Positions 53,856 through 64,000 of a DNA stretch of 64,000 nt are shown in pieces. How positions within the stretch are numbered: position 1 is the first letter of the stretch; the number at the start of each line of letters is the position of its first letter. The translations under genes and the position numbers were made by a program. This DNA comes from Eledone cirrhosa (lineage: Eukaryota), in assembly GCA_964016885.1 (NCBI GenBank), contig OZ024752.1, forward strand, positions 46,252,001-46,316,000, in the 5' to 3' direction. The notes under the pieces were generated by a model that had not been told where the DNA came from, searched no databases, and saw nothing but the letters and a program-made list of their open reading frames with translations.

Positions 53856-54670
53856 CAAGCATGGGCAACCTTTTTCAAGAAACGGTCCGCATGAGATATG
53901 ACTCATCATCAGGCGGGCACCAAGAGTTAATTTACATTTGTGCCCACATAAAAAAAAGGGCGGTAACTCGGGTTGTTTTGATTTGTTTCTTCAGAATTCG
54001 TACACGTTTTCCTCGATCGTAAAAATGATAGAAAGATAAATTACGACTGAAAAGTTGGGGTAAAAAAAATCAGAAAGATTTCACTTAGGTGACTTAGGTG
54101 AGCCATTCAGAAAGCTTCGTGAGCCGCAGGTTGACCATGTCTGTTCTATATTCTAAAGGACAGTTGATAGGCAGTAATTGGTAGAGCATCACACAATGTG
54201 CTTTACCGCTTTTAGTTATGTTACTTTATGTTCTGAGTTCGAATCACGCTGAAGTTAAGCTTTTGCCTTTCATACTTATGAAGTGAATTAAATAAAGAAC
54301 ACTTTGGAGTTGATTTAATCGAGTTTCTCCTCTACCATTCAAATTGCTGGCCTTGTGCCAAATGAAGAAACAATTATTGTGTTATGTGTACACACAGACA
54401 CCTTTTCCTTTGAGCACATAATTTACAGGGAATAACGAGAGTCTATGGCTCCGTTAATTTATCTTGATATATATATATAAGACCCGACAGCTGAGCTCTT
54501 GCCGTTTCAACAGCTAGTTCCAGTCTAGAATATATATTACTATACTCTACTACCCCAAGTATTGAGTACTCTGTTGAAAAGTTGGGGTAAAAAAAATCAG
54601 AAAGATTTCACTTAGGTGACTTAGGCAAGCCATTCAGAAAGCTTTGCGGGCCGCAGGTTGCCCATGTCTG
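53856..54670 (+). mobile_element. Non-autonomous hAT-like element with an 8-bp TSD (CTATAAAT) and a duplicated right end
   Basis: TIRs CAAGCATGGGCAACC ... GGTTGCCCATGTCTG. CTATAAAT at 53848-53855 and 54671-54678. An inner copy of the right end lies at ~54048-54143. Confidence 0.8.
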
Positions 54671-55614
54671 CTATAAATCTACCCCAGAAGCCCACTATTC
54701 CACTGTTTTCTAACCCATAACTACCCAAGTCATTGATTTCTCTCTCTTATTCACTCTTTTAACAGACACCCTGATTAGATCTGTTTAACTTACACATCCC
54801 CACCTCTGGTCCATCTACCTCCACCATCGCTCCCATTATATTACCCACCCCATTCCCTCACCCACCCTTACCCCCTCCCATTCTATTACCCACCTCAACT
54901 ACCCCTACCCCCTACCATTCTATTACCCACCTCAAACCCTCAACCAGCCCCCTCCCATCCACCATCCAGCACTCCCATTCTATAGCCCCTCATACTCTCA
55001 CCTACCCCCCACCTCATCCGACTCGCATTCTGTACCCTCTCCCCTCACTCATCCCCCATCGTACCCCCCCCCCCGCTCTCATTCTAGTCTCTCCTCCACC
55101 AAAACTGCTGAGTGTAATATTATTCTAAAACCTTTCTGTCTCTCCCTCACCACCACCACCACCACCACTGCCCCAGTCGTTCTAACCCCCCCACCCCACC
55201 ACCACACCAGTGATTCTCCCCACCACCACCACCACCACTTCCCCAGTAGTTCTACCCCACCCCCTCCACTACTATACCAGTCATATGCTTTATATAAACA
55301 TTTGATACTTTCATTCATAAAGCCAACAACAACAGTAACAACAACAACAACACAATACAACAACAACAGTAACAACAACAACAACAGTAACAACAACAAC
55401 ACAATACAACAACAACAGTAACAACAACAACACAATACAACAACAACAGTAACAACAACAACAACATGCCATATGTTAGAAAAGCCATAGCTTCCATCTT
55501 GTTTTTCTCCCTAACACTTTGGGTACAAAACTGCCTGAAACAACTGTTGGTTCTGTTCCTTTTTTAAGTATTTATATCTATCTACCTTTGTTAAGTTATA
55601 TTCCAAACACCAAC

Positions 55615-56049
55615 TTAATCCTTTAGCATTTAAACCGGCCATATCCAGCCAGAATTCTCTCACCTCTTTCTTTTCAAACCGGATATAACTGGTCACTCAT
55701 GGTGTTAAGGTAGTGTTCTCAAAATAATTAACATCAAAATCTCATAGATTCGATATTATGTGAGATAATTATGTAAGATAAAGCCTTTACCATGAAAATA
55801 CAATAGTATATATAGAGTAATATAAATGCTAAAAGGTTAAACCAGCTGTATCCTGCCAGAATTCTCTTGCCTCTTTCTGATCAAATTGGCTGTAACTGGC
55901 CACTCATACTGATGTTAAGGTATTGTTCTCAAAATAAATAACATCAAAATCTCATAGCTTCAATATTATGTGAGATATTATGTGAGATAAAGCCTTTACT
56001 GTGAAAATACAATAGTATATATAGAATAATATAAATGCTAATGGGTTAA
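55615..56049 (-). mobile_element. Tandem dimer of the piggyBac-like MITE
   Basis: TTAA-TCCTTTAGCATTTAAA ... AAATGCTAAAAGGTTAA (55840) ... AAATGCTAATGGG-TTAA. Confidence 0.75.
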
Positions 56050-56455
56050 AAATTTGAACAAATAAGATGATAGAGTACAATAAATAAAAAACCGAAGTCA
56101 TTAATTTTTATAAAGAAAAAACATGTTTAGTACAAAATGGTGTTTTTAATATACCAAATTATGGGGTCTGTCAATATGACATATTCAGTAATATGACAAA
56201 ATATATTACATATTGTAATTTATATAAATGTAAAAGAAGTATTTTCATTAAAAAATGAATTTAGTATTTATAAAATTGCATCTCTTTAAAAAGAAATATT
56301 TATCAAGAATCAGTTGAATTAACTTCATCAATTTGATTTTGATATAGAATTAAATTAAGAGGTTTTGTGAGAAAAAAAAATATATATATATGCAAAGGGA
56401 ATTTTACAAAATGATATTATAAGCATTAAATATAACAAAATATATCCCACCCCAA

Positions 56456-56488
<33 letters not shown>

Positions 56489-56834
56489 TGTTTCTACTTT
56501 TGGCACAAGGCCAGCAATTACCCAAATAACAATAGTTTGTTATATAGGCACAAGGCCAGCAATTTTGGGTGGAGGGGAAAACCGATTAAATTGAGCCCAG
56601 TACATTACAGGTAGTTTATTTTATGGACCCTGTAAGGATGAAAGGCAAAGTCAAAGTTAACCTCAGCGGATTTGAACTCAGAACGTAAAGGGTCATAACT
56701 CTATGCTGCACAGCATAGTGTCCAACTCTCTACCGATTCTGCCAATCCACTGCAATAATAATAATAATAATAATTAATCATCAAATATTAATGATTGTCA
56801 ATGTTTGCTGGTTTTGAAGGTTGTAAACATTATC

Positions 56835-57747
56835 CTAAGAGGCACATGACTTTAGTGTATTATTATCATCTTCTATATGAGTAAATACATATCCATCTGA
56901 TGGAATGGAAAGAAGTGAAGTATCTGTGTCATTCCATTGGTCACAGATATGGTCATAAATTCTTGGTGGCGGAAGGTTACCATTAGCAAGTGAGTGGCTT
57001 TTGTTTAGTTTTAAAGAACTGTTTGGTGTGTAATTTTCACTAACTTGATCCTCTGTTTGTCTTGGAAGTGTGGAATACTGACTTTTGGTTTCATGTGGTT
57101 CTTCCGTGACAGTTTCATAAATGCTCTTCCCATCTTCATTAGCATTGAGTAAATCATCCACTCTCTCATAAATCGCTTCAGGCTCTGAGGCACTGTCACT
57201 CTCTATTAAAGGAGGTGCTGTTGGTTCTACAGGAAGAGCACGGTCATAGTATTCCGGGGAAAGAGAAGAGCTTTGATAACATGGCATCTCGTTATATTCT
57301 GCAACCTCTGCAGGATCTGGTTGTGTTTTTGAATCTTTTGAAGTCTGTCGATGAAAGCTACCTGTTTTTCTCAAAGAACCATTCTGCTTTCCTTTCTTCA
57401 AACTAGAACTGTTGGAATTTATTCTACCTTGAACCATTTCTTCAACAATCTGGTCATAACTGTTCTTAATTGTAAACGATGGAGTTTTCTCTAGCATTGT
57501 CCTGGGGCTCTTTAATTTACTGTACCGTTCTACAACAGGCCCTGGGCTTGACCCTTTCACTTCATCAATAGAATTGTAAGTGTTTTCTTCGACTTTTTTC
57601 TGAAGATTATTGTCATCATCAGCTTCAACAGTAAAATAAGTATTCTCTTCCTCAGGTGAAGTGGGATCCAAATCCTCTGGGAGATGAGTACATCCATATA
57701 AACCGTTTCCTGGGGGTGGGGAAGCTCCCACAGACTTCTGCTTGGAT
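56835..57747 (-). CDS. Uncharacterised single-pass receptor: terminal exon, Tyr-motif-rich disordered cytoplasmic tail
   Basis: CAG acceptor at 57748-57750. The phase-2 join gives RSKQKSVGASPPPGNGLYG... and the frame stays open to the stop at 56835 (913 nt, matching the 298-aa ORF). Non-repetitive coding composition. Confidence 0.88.
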
Positions 57748-58283
57748 CTGAGAAATACATAGAAATTGAAGAAAGTTTTTTTAAAATATCAATATGCACA
57801 CACATACACACTTGCACATGCACACAAGCACATGTATACACATATGCACACACACACACACTTGCACATGCACACAAGCACATGTATACACATATGCACA
57901 CACACACACACTTGCACATGCACACAAGCACATGTATACACATATGCACACACACACACACTTGCACATGCACACAAGCACATGTATACACATATGCACA
58001 CACACACACATTTGCACATGCACACAAGCACATGTATACACATATGCACACACACACACACACACTTGCACATGCACACACACACAAGCACATGCACACA
58101 CATGTATATACATGTGCACATACACACACTTGCACATGCACACCCATGTACATGCACACACACACACAAGTTTGTGCACCCAATAAACATACACACACCT
58201 ACACACACATAGAAGAAGAAGAAGAAGAAGAAGAAGAAGAAGAAGAAGAAGAAGAAGAAGAAGAAGAAGGTGGTGGTACTCAC

Positions 58284-58368
58284 CTCCTCAAGATGACTAT
58301 AAGACACACAGTCAAAGTTATAAGAGTAAGCCCACCAGCAATACCAATTGTTAAATAATTTACAACTT
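58284..58368 (-). CDS. Uncharacterised single-pass receptor: transmembrane exon
   Basis: CAG acceptor at 58369-58371, GTGAG donor at 58283. 85 nt, phase 1-2, EVVNYLTIGIAGGLTLITLTVCLIVILRR: a ~22-residue hydrophobic helix followed by a basic stop-transfer signal. Confidence 0.82.
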
Positions 58369-58516
58369 CTGGAAAAACAAAATGTAAAAAGAAAAACATA
58401 AAAAAATAACAAACAAACGAACAAAATAAAAATACAAATAAAAATAAGAAAACTCAATTCTAGAACAACTGTTAACCCTTTACCATTTACATTACTCTAT
58501 ATATACTATTGTATAT

Positions 58517-58765
58517 ACAGAGGAGACTGAGGTTAGCTGGACATGCTCACCGACATCCAGAGTTGACACTGTACTCAGTGCTCCTGTGGGAGCCCCTACA
58601 TGGACACACTAGAAGAGGGAGACCGAGGTTGACATATGTTGATGCCCTAGGGGCAGACACTGGTCTGTTGGAGACGCAGGACATGGCAGCGATGATGAGG
58701 GGCAGAGACCGCTGGAGAGAACTCGTCCATGGATCTCGGGAATTTTACCCGCCCTAGATAGATAG
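58517..58765 (+). mobile_element. RTE-like LINE 3' fragment
   Basis: QRRLRLAGHAHRH...RDRWRELVHGSREFYPP*. It abuts the left end of a piggyBac-like MITE. Confidence 0.8.
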
Positions 58766-58825
58766 TATCTTCACTTGTGGACAGATGACTATAAACATTT
58801 GCATTATTAGAGTAAAGACAGTATG

Positions 58826-58948
58826 ATTGCTTCACATTAAACATTGCTTCACATTAAACATTGCTTCACATTAAACATTGCTTCACATTAAACATTGCTT
58901 CACATTAAACATTGCTTCACATTAAACATTGCTTCACATTAAACATTA
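58826..58948. repeat. 17-bp tandem repeat (ATTGCTTCACATTAAAC) x~7
   Basis: Direct inspection. Confidence 0.9.
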
Positions 58949-59406
58949 ATGTCTTTACTCTAATAATTGTTTCTACTTTAGGCACAAGGCCAGCAATTAC
59001 TCAGTTCATTACTAGTACTTTATTTTTCATCCTTACGGGGTCGATAAAATAAAGTACCAGTAATGAACTGGTGAATTGCTGGCCTTGTGCCTAAAGTAGA
59101 AACAATTATTAGAGTAAAGAGATTAATGTTTAATGTGAAGCAATCATACTGCTGTTTTATACTTCTCAAGAATTCCTAACTGATATAGTTTCATGCAATA
59201 CAGGATGTTAAGAGTTAATTGAATCCCAGTGGAAATTATTTTATAAACGTCAGAGGAATGAAAGTTTTGATTTCCCACTGATAACCTCTGAAGAAATCTT
59301 TACTCTTTAAACCTTTCATTATAATATTTCAAATGAAAGTCACATTTCTATCTATCCTTTCTCTTACTCACTGTTGCCCACATAACTAGTGAGTAATTGC
59401 CCCAGG

Positions 59407-59535
59407 GCTTCCTGATGATTTCTCCTGAATTAAACAGTTCTAGTCCTGTAGAAGCCTTTTCTATATTAAATATTTATACTCTGATTTGTATTGAGTACCT
59501 TACTTACTGTGGTTACCCCCGATTGAACCCGGGAT
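59407..59535 (+). mobile_element. Penelope-like pLTR fragment with a hammerhead motif (GCUUC/GAAGC family)
   Basis: GCTTC-CTGATGA...TAAA(for GAAA)CAG..CTG-TA-GAAGC, then ...GTATTGAGTACCTTACTTACTGTGGTTACCCCCGATT, shared with reverse copies at 11633-11725 and 32150-32276. Confidence 0.6.
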
Positions 59536-59564
59536 AAACTTATCTATCTATCTATCTATCTATC

Positions 59565-59591
<27 letters not shown>

Positions 59592-59595
<4 letters not shown>

Positions 59596-59885
59596 ACGGG
59601 AGCCTCCCAAGAGTCAGCTCAAAAGTGACACAGAGGAGACTGAGGTTAGCTGGACATGCTCACCGACATCCAGAGTTGACACTGTACTCAGTGCTCCTGT
59701 GGGAGCCCCTGCATGGACACACTAGAAGAGGAAGACCAAGGTTAACGTATGTTGATGCCCTAAGGACAGACACTGGTCTGTTGGAGACGTAGGACATGGC
59801 AGCGATGATGAGGGACAGAGACCGCTGGAGAGAACTCGTCCATGGATCTCGGGAATTTTACCCGCCCTAGATAGATAGATAGATG
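59592..59885 (+). mobile_element. RTE-like LINE 3' fragment with a (TAGA)n tail
   Basis: YGSLPRVSSKVTQRRLRLAGHAHRHPELTLYSVLLWEPLHGHTRRGRPRLTY. Near-identical shorter copies at 58517-58765 and 10292-10450. Confidence 0.8.
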
Positions 59886-60132
59886 TATATATAATCAGCA
59901 TCATCGTCATCATCATCGTTTAACGTCTATCTTCCACACTAGCATGGGTTAGACGGGAATTGTCCTATTTGAGTCAAGATTGGTCGGGTGACCATGTCTC
60001 GCTTGTATATATATATATATATATAGGGAGAGAGAGAGAGAAAAGGAAAGAGAGAGAGAGGGAGAGAGAGAGTCTAACCCATGCTAGTGTAGAAAATTAA
60101 ACGATGATATATATATATATATATATATATAT

Positions 60133-60495
60133 GGCTTAGTGGTTAGAGCATTGGCCTTGCAGCCGATAGGTTGTGAGTTCAATTCTCAGACCGGGTGATG
60201 TGTTGTTTCCTTGAGCAAGATACTTTATTTCCCATTGCTCCAGTTTACTCAGCTGTAGAAATGAGATGATAGGGACTGGGGATCCCTATCATTCCAGTGC
60301 AAAGTGGTCGTGGAGGTGCCACGGCAAAAAAGCACCCAGCACTCACTGTAAAGTGGACGTGTAGGTGCCACGGAAAAAAAAGCACCCAGCACTCACTGTA
60401 AATGAGGTTGGTGTTAGGAAGGGCATCCAGCTGTAGAAATCAAGCCACAGTCAGTTCCCGTCTCACCCTTGCAAGCAGGGAAAAGCAGACGTAAA

Positions 60496-60532
<37 letters not shown>
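60133..60532 (+). mobile_element. tRNA-derived CORE-type SINE with an RTE-derived 3' tail
   Basis: Box A TGGCTTAGTGG, box B GAGTTCAATTC, CORE-like CCTTGAGCAAGATACTT...CAGTTTACTCAGCTGTAGAAATG. The 3' end CCCTTGCAAGCAGGGAAAAGCAGACGTAAAA(GAT)n is shared with the RTE fragments. Confidence 0.85.
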
Positions 60533-60533
<1 letters not shown>

Positions 60534-60623
60534 ATAGAGGCAAGCATCGTGATTAATTTAGCTGGGGGCAGCAGTAAGGAATAATATATATTACCATAGC
60601 ATTTACAAGAGTCCCCATCTTAC

Positions 60624-60851
60624 CTCGTGGAAACATCCTTTTATCAACGTTGTTGAGAAAATCATGGGAAGACAATTCTTGAAAAGGCAACAAGGAAGTG
60701 GTGTCAATAGAATGAGAAACCGTTTCAACTTCTTTAGTGTAGATACCTGTAATATTTTCTGCAACTGTTTCATTTTCAAGTCTTTTAGAATTATTGAATT
60801 TTTTGGATGTCAAAAAGAATTCTTCAAAAATTCCATCACAGTCATCAGAAT
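60624..60851 (-). CDS. Uncharacterised single-pass receptor: stalk exon with N-glycosylation sequons
   Basis: AAG acceptor at 60852-60854, GTAAG donor at 60623. 228 nt, phase 1-1, SDDCDGIFEEFFLTSKKFNNSKRLENETVAENITGIY...DKRMFPR (sequons NNS, NET, NIT). Confidence 0.72.
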
Positions 60852-61387
60852 CTTTGAAATGAAGCCAAATATAAAAGGAAAAATAGATTAAATGAAGTTA
60901 CATATTGAGTTTTATGATCAAATAGAAGTATAGGAAAATGAAAATACTTTTTTTAAAAAGGGTTAAATTATTAAACAGGAAGAGAGAAAAAAAACAGAAA
61001 AAAGAAGGGTTGGAAAAAAATATGAACTCTTTAGCATTGACATTACTCTATATATACTATTGTATTTTCATGGTAAAGGCTTTACCTCACATAATTATCT
61101 CACATAATATCGAATCTATGAGATTTTGATATTATTTATTTTGAGAACAATACCTTAACATCAGTATGAGTAGCCGGTTATGGCTGGTTTGAACAGAAAA
61201 AGGTGAGAGAATTCTGGTCAGATATGGCCAGAATTCTCTCACCTCTTGATAGTGATAATGACAATGATGGTGATGACAATGATGATGATGATGATTATGA
61301 TGACGATGATGATGATGATAATGGTGATGATCGGTAAGTAATGAAATAAATAAATAACAAAAGAAAAAACAAATGTTATGTACTTAC

Positions 61388-61711
61388 TAAAATGTAAGAA
61401 CCAGACAACGTCTTTACAGTTGTACGAAATTTCTTCCATAAAACGCTGCTGGAGGGCCTTGTCATTGTTTGGAATGTTATAATGGTAAAAAGTTCTCATT
61501 TGTATACTACAGTTCTTGCACCTCTTTATAATCATTCTTTGGTTCTGAAGTATTAACCATCGATTATTGGGTAAATTAGTTGGGATAAAAGTACATGGGA
61601 ATATATTGCTCTTTAATTTATTGGTTGTGTACTTATAGCATTGGACTTTATTGTATTTCTTTATCAGTATGTCCTTATCCTGAATTTCTTTACAGTCCTC
61701 AATTAAAGATT
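61388..61711 (-). CDS. Uncharacterised single-pass receptor: ectodomain exon
   Basis: CAG acceptor at 61712-61714, GTAAG donor at 61387. 324 nt, phase 1-1, ESLIEDCKEIQDKDILIKKYNKVQCYKY...CKNCSIQMRTF...CKDVVWFLHF. Confidence 0.78.
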
Positions 61712-61989
61712 CTGAAATATAAAACATATAATAACAATAATAATAATAATAATTGTTTCTACTTTAGGCACAAGGCCAGCAATTACCCAGTGCATTACTG
61801 GTACTTTATTTTATCGATCCCGTAAGAATGAAAGGCAAAGTAAACCTCGGCGGGATATAATAATAATTGTTTCTACTTTAGGCACAAGGCCAGCAATTAC
61901 CCAGTGCATTACAGGTACTTTATTTTATCGACCCCGTAAGGATGAAAAGCAAAGTCAACCTCGGCGGGGGTGGGATATAATAATAATAA

Positions 61990-62450
61990 TGGGATTTTAG
62001 GATACAGACGGACAAGAAACTGGAACACAATAGGCCTGACCTGATGGTTTTGGACAAGGAAAAAAGATTGCGCCTGATTGTGGATGTAGCCTGCTCATTT
62101 GACACGAGAGTGCAAGAGAAGGAGAGGGAGAAAATTAAGCGATACCAGGACTTAAAGTGGGAGGTAAAAAGGATTTGGAACTGCCATGAAGTCAGAATCG
62201 TCCCGATTGTCATAGGAGCACTAGGTACTATCTCAAAGAGTTTGCAAGGATGGTTAAAGAAGATTAGTCCAGCCCCGCTTTTTGGAACACTTCAAAAGGC
62301 ATGCTTGCTGGGAACAGCAAGAACCCTCCAATACGTCCTGAATATCTGAGGCTGCAGTTAGTGGCTTGATGTTTCATTTGAACAAAATTTCCAGTTAAAT
62401 AACATCAATGACAGATTCAAAGAACAATAATAATAATAATAATGATAATG
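61990..62450 (+). mobile_element. 5'-truncated R4/Dong-like non-LTR retrotransposon (restriction-like endonuclease domain) in a (TAA)n tract
   Basis: WDFRIQTDKKLEHNRPDLMVLDKEKRLRLIVDVACSFD...EKIKRYQDL...VPIVIGALG...LQKACLLGTARTL has the RPD..D..K..Y RLE motifs. (TAA)n lies on both sides. Confidence 0.85.
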
Positions 62451-62856
62451 ATGGTTTCTGATTTAATCACAAGGCCTGCAATTGTGTGTATATGTATGTA
62501 TATGTGTGTGTGTGTGTGTATATAAATATATGCATATGCGTGTGTGTGTGTATACATGGAGGATGGGTAAAGAAGTGCCAAGAAATCCCGGAGGAAGACG
62601 CAGTAGAGGAAGACCACGAAAAACATGGGCGGAGGTGGTGAGGGCTGACTTCAGATCGCTGACACTCACAGAGGAAATGACGAAGGACCGTGACAAGTGG
62701 AGAGATGCTTTGCTGAATAGGACCCATCCCACCCATGCAAGCAGGGAAAAGCGGATGTAAAATGATGACAATGATATATATATGTATGTATATATATATA
62801 TGTGTGTGTGTGTGTGTGCCAGTATGTGTATGTATATAAGGTGATAAACAACTAAC

Positions 62857-63075
62857 CATTGACACAATAGTACACTATAAAGAGTTGTCCATATTCTGAT
62901 GTAATGTCACATGTATGATTGGTGACACACAGTTGTTGAACTGCTTCCAATAAACTGTCATTAGGTTCAACTTCTTTAATGAAAATCACATGTTTTTCTC
63001 CACAGTCAATATCACTACCATTTTCAGATGTCCTAGCTGCAACATTGAGGCTATGGGCAGTTTCAGTGCAATTAC
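62857..63075 (-). CDS. Uncharacterised single-pass receptor: first exon visible in the window (Cys-containing, SUEL-lectin-like module)
   Basis: CAG acceptor at 63076-63078, GTTAG donor at 62856. 219 nt, phase 1-1, open: NCTETAHSLNVAARTSENGSDIDCGEKHVIFIKEVEPNDSLLEAVQQLCVTNHTCDITSEYGQLFIVYYCVN. Upstream exon(s) not found in the window. Confidence 0.75.
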
Positions 63076-63242
63076 CTGAAATAGATTTTAAAAAAAGAGA
63101 CCAATAAATAAATAAATTAATTAATTAATCAATTAGATTAAATTACTGAGAAATTATATATGAATTTTGTTATAATTGGGGATAGTCATTTTGCCAATTG
63201 AACATACACACCATAAAACTTTCACTTTATCTTTATTCTTCC

Positions 63243-63286
63243 GTCAAAGCTCTTTCAACACACCAATCTGTGACCTCCTCAATGAC
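63243..63286 (-). ncRNA. Degenerate minimal hammerhead motif (6913 family)
   Basis: Minus strand reads GUCA-UUGAGGA-GGUCACA...UGUGUU-GAAA-GAGC-UU-UGAC. Confidence 0.5.
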
Positions 63287-63759
63287 TATATATGAATTGA
63301 TATACAAAATATTATAAAATAAAATTTTAAATATTATGTAGTCAGTTCTTATTAATGAGCCCTAACTGAGTTCAAAACCATGTCTAGGTTAGCTTTGCCT
63401 TTCATCTTTACAGAGTCGATAAGATAAAGTACCAGTAATACACGAGGGTTGATTTAATTGATTTTTACCTCCCTGAAAATTGTTGGCCTTGTGCCTAAAT
63501 CAGAAACCAGTTTTAAAAAAAAGGAAAAGAAAGGAGCTGATCATCAGATCAGACCAAAGAAACAATGATGGACAGGCAGCATTGTCATTATTTGAATGTC
63601 TGAGAATACTGGAGCAACATGAAATTAAATGTGTTGCTGAAGAACACAACACACAACCCATCCCAGGCCCCGAACCTATGACATTATCACCATAAGTCCA
63701 ACACCCTTACCACTAGGCCACTCATCAGCACAAGTAGAACTGTAGGCACCACGCTAAAA

Positions 63760-64000
63760 AAGCATCCAGTCCACGCTGTAAAGTGGTCATGTAGGTGTCA
63801 CAACAAAAGCACCCAGTCCACACTGTAAACTGGTCTTGTAGGTGTCACAACAAAAGTACCCAGTCCACACTGTAAAGTGGTCATGTAGGTGTCACAACAA
63901 AAGCACCCAGTCCACACTGTAAAGTGGTCATGTAGGTGTCACAACAAAAGCACCCAGTCCACACTGTAAACTGGTCATGTAGGTGTCACAACAAAAAGTA
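63760..64000. repeat. 47-bp tandem repeat derived from the internal repeat of the CORE/RTE-tail SINE
   Basis: ACCCAGTCCACACTGTAAAGTGGTCATGTAGGTGTCACAACAAAAGC. Older degenerate array at ~41030-41340. Confidence 0.8.

Noticed and set aside
60133-60200. tRNA-like box A/box B sequence
   Set aside because: It is the head of a multi-copy SINE, continuing into CORE and RTE-tail sequence. No complete cloverleaf was seen.

Overview
AT-rich, microsatellite-saturated eukaryotic DNA, most likely from an octopod cephalopod (inferred from tRNA-derived SINEs resembling octopus OK/OR families, RTE-clade LINE tails and the repeat landscape). Three spliced genes can be reconstructed by hand, all on the minus strand, with GT-AG junctions whose phases are consistent. 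(1) A complete 4-exon out-at-first homolog (OAF, about 271 aa, 22103-33583). (2) A complete 3-exon mitochondrial seryl-tRNA synthetase (SARS2-like, about 479 aa, 39572-42617) whose N-terminal tRNA-binding coiled coil looks strongly shortened. (3) The last five exons of an unnamed single-pass receptor (56835-63075) with a Cys-containing ectodomain (first module SUEL-lectin-like) and a ~300-aa cytoplasmic tail carrying ~15 tyrosines, including two ITIM-consensus motifs. The main non-coding signal is more than a dozen type-I hammerhead-ribozyme motifs of several sequence families, in Penelope-like pLTR fragments inside (TA)n tracts. Many sit in near-perfect fold-back palindromes (arms ~50-187 bp), and in one family the arms are more alike within a copy than between copies. 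Most ORFs in the supplied track are microsatellite artefacts. All alignments, folds and family assignments were made by eye.
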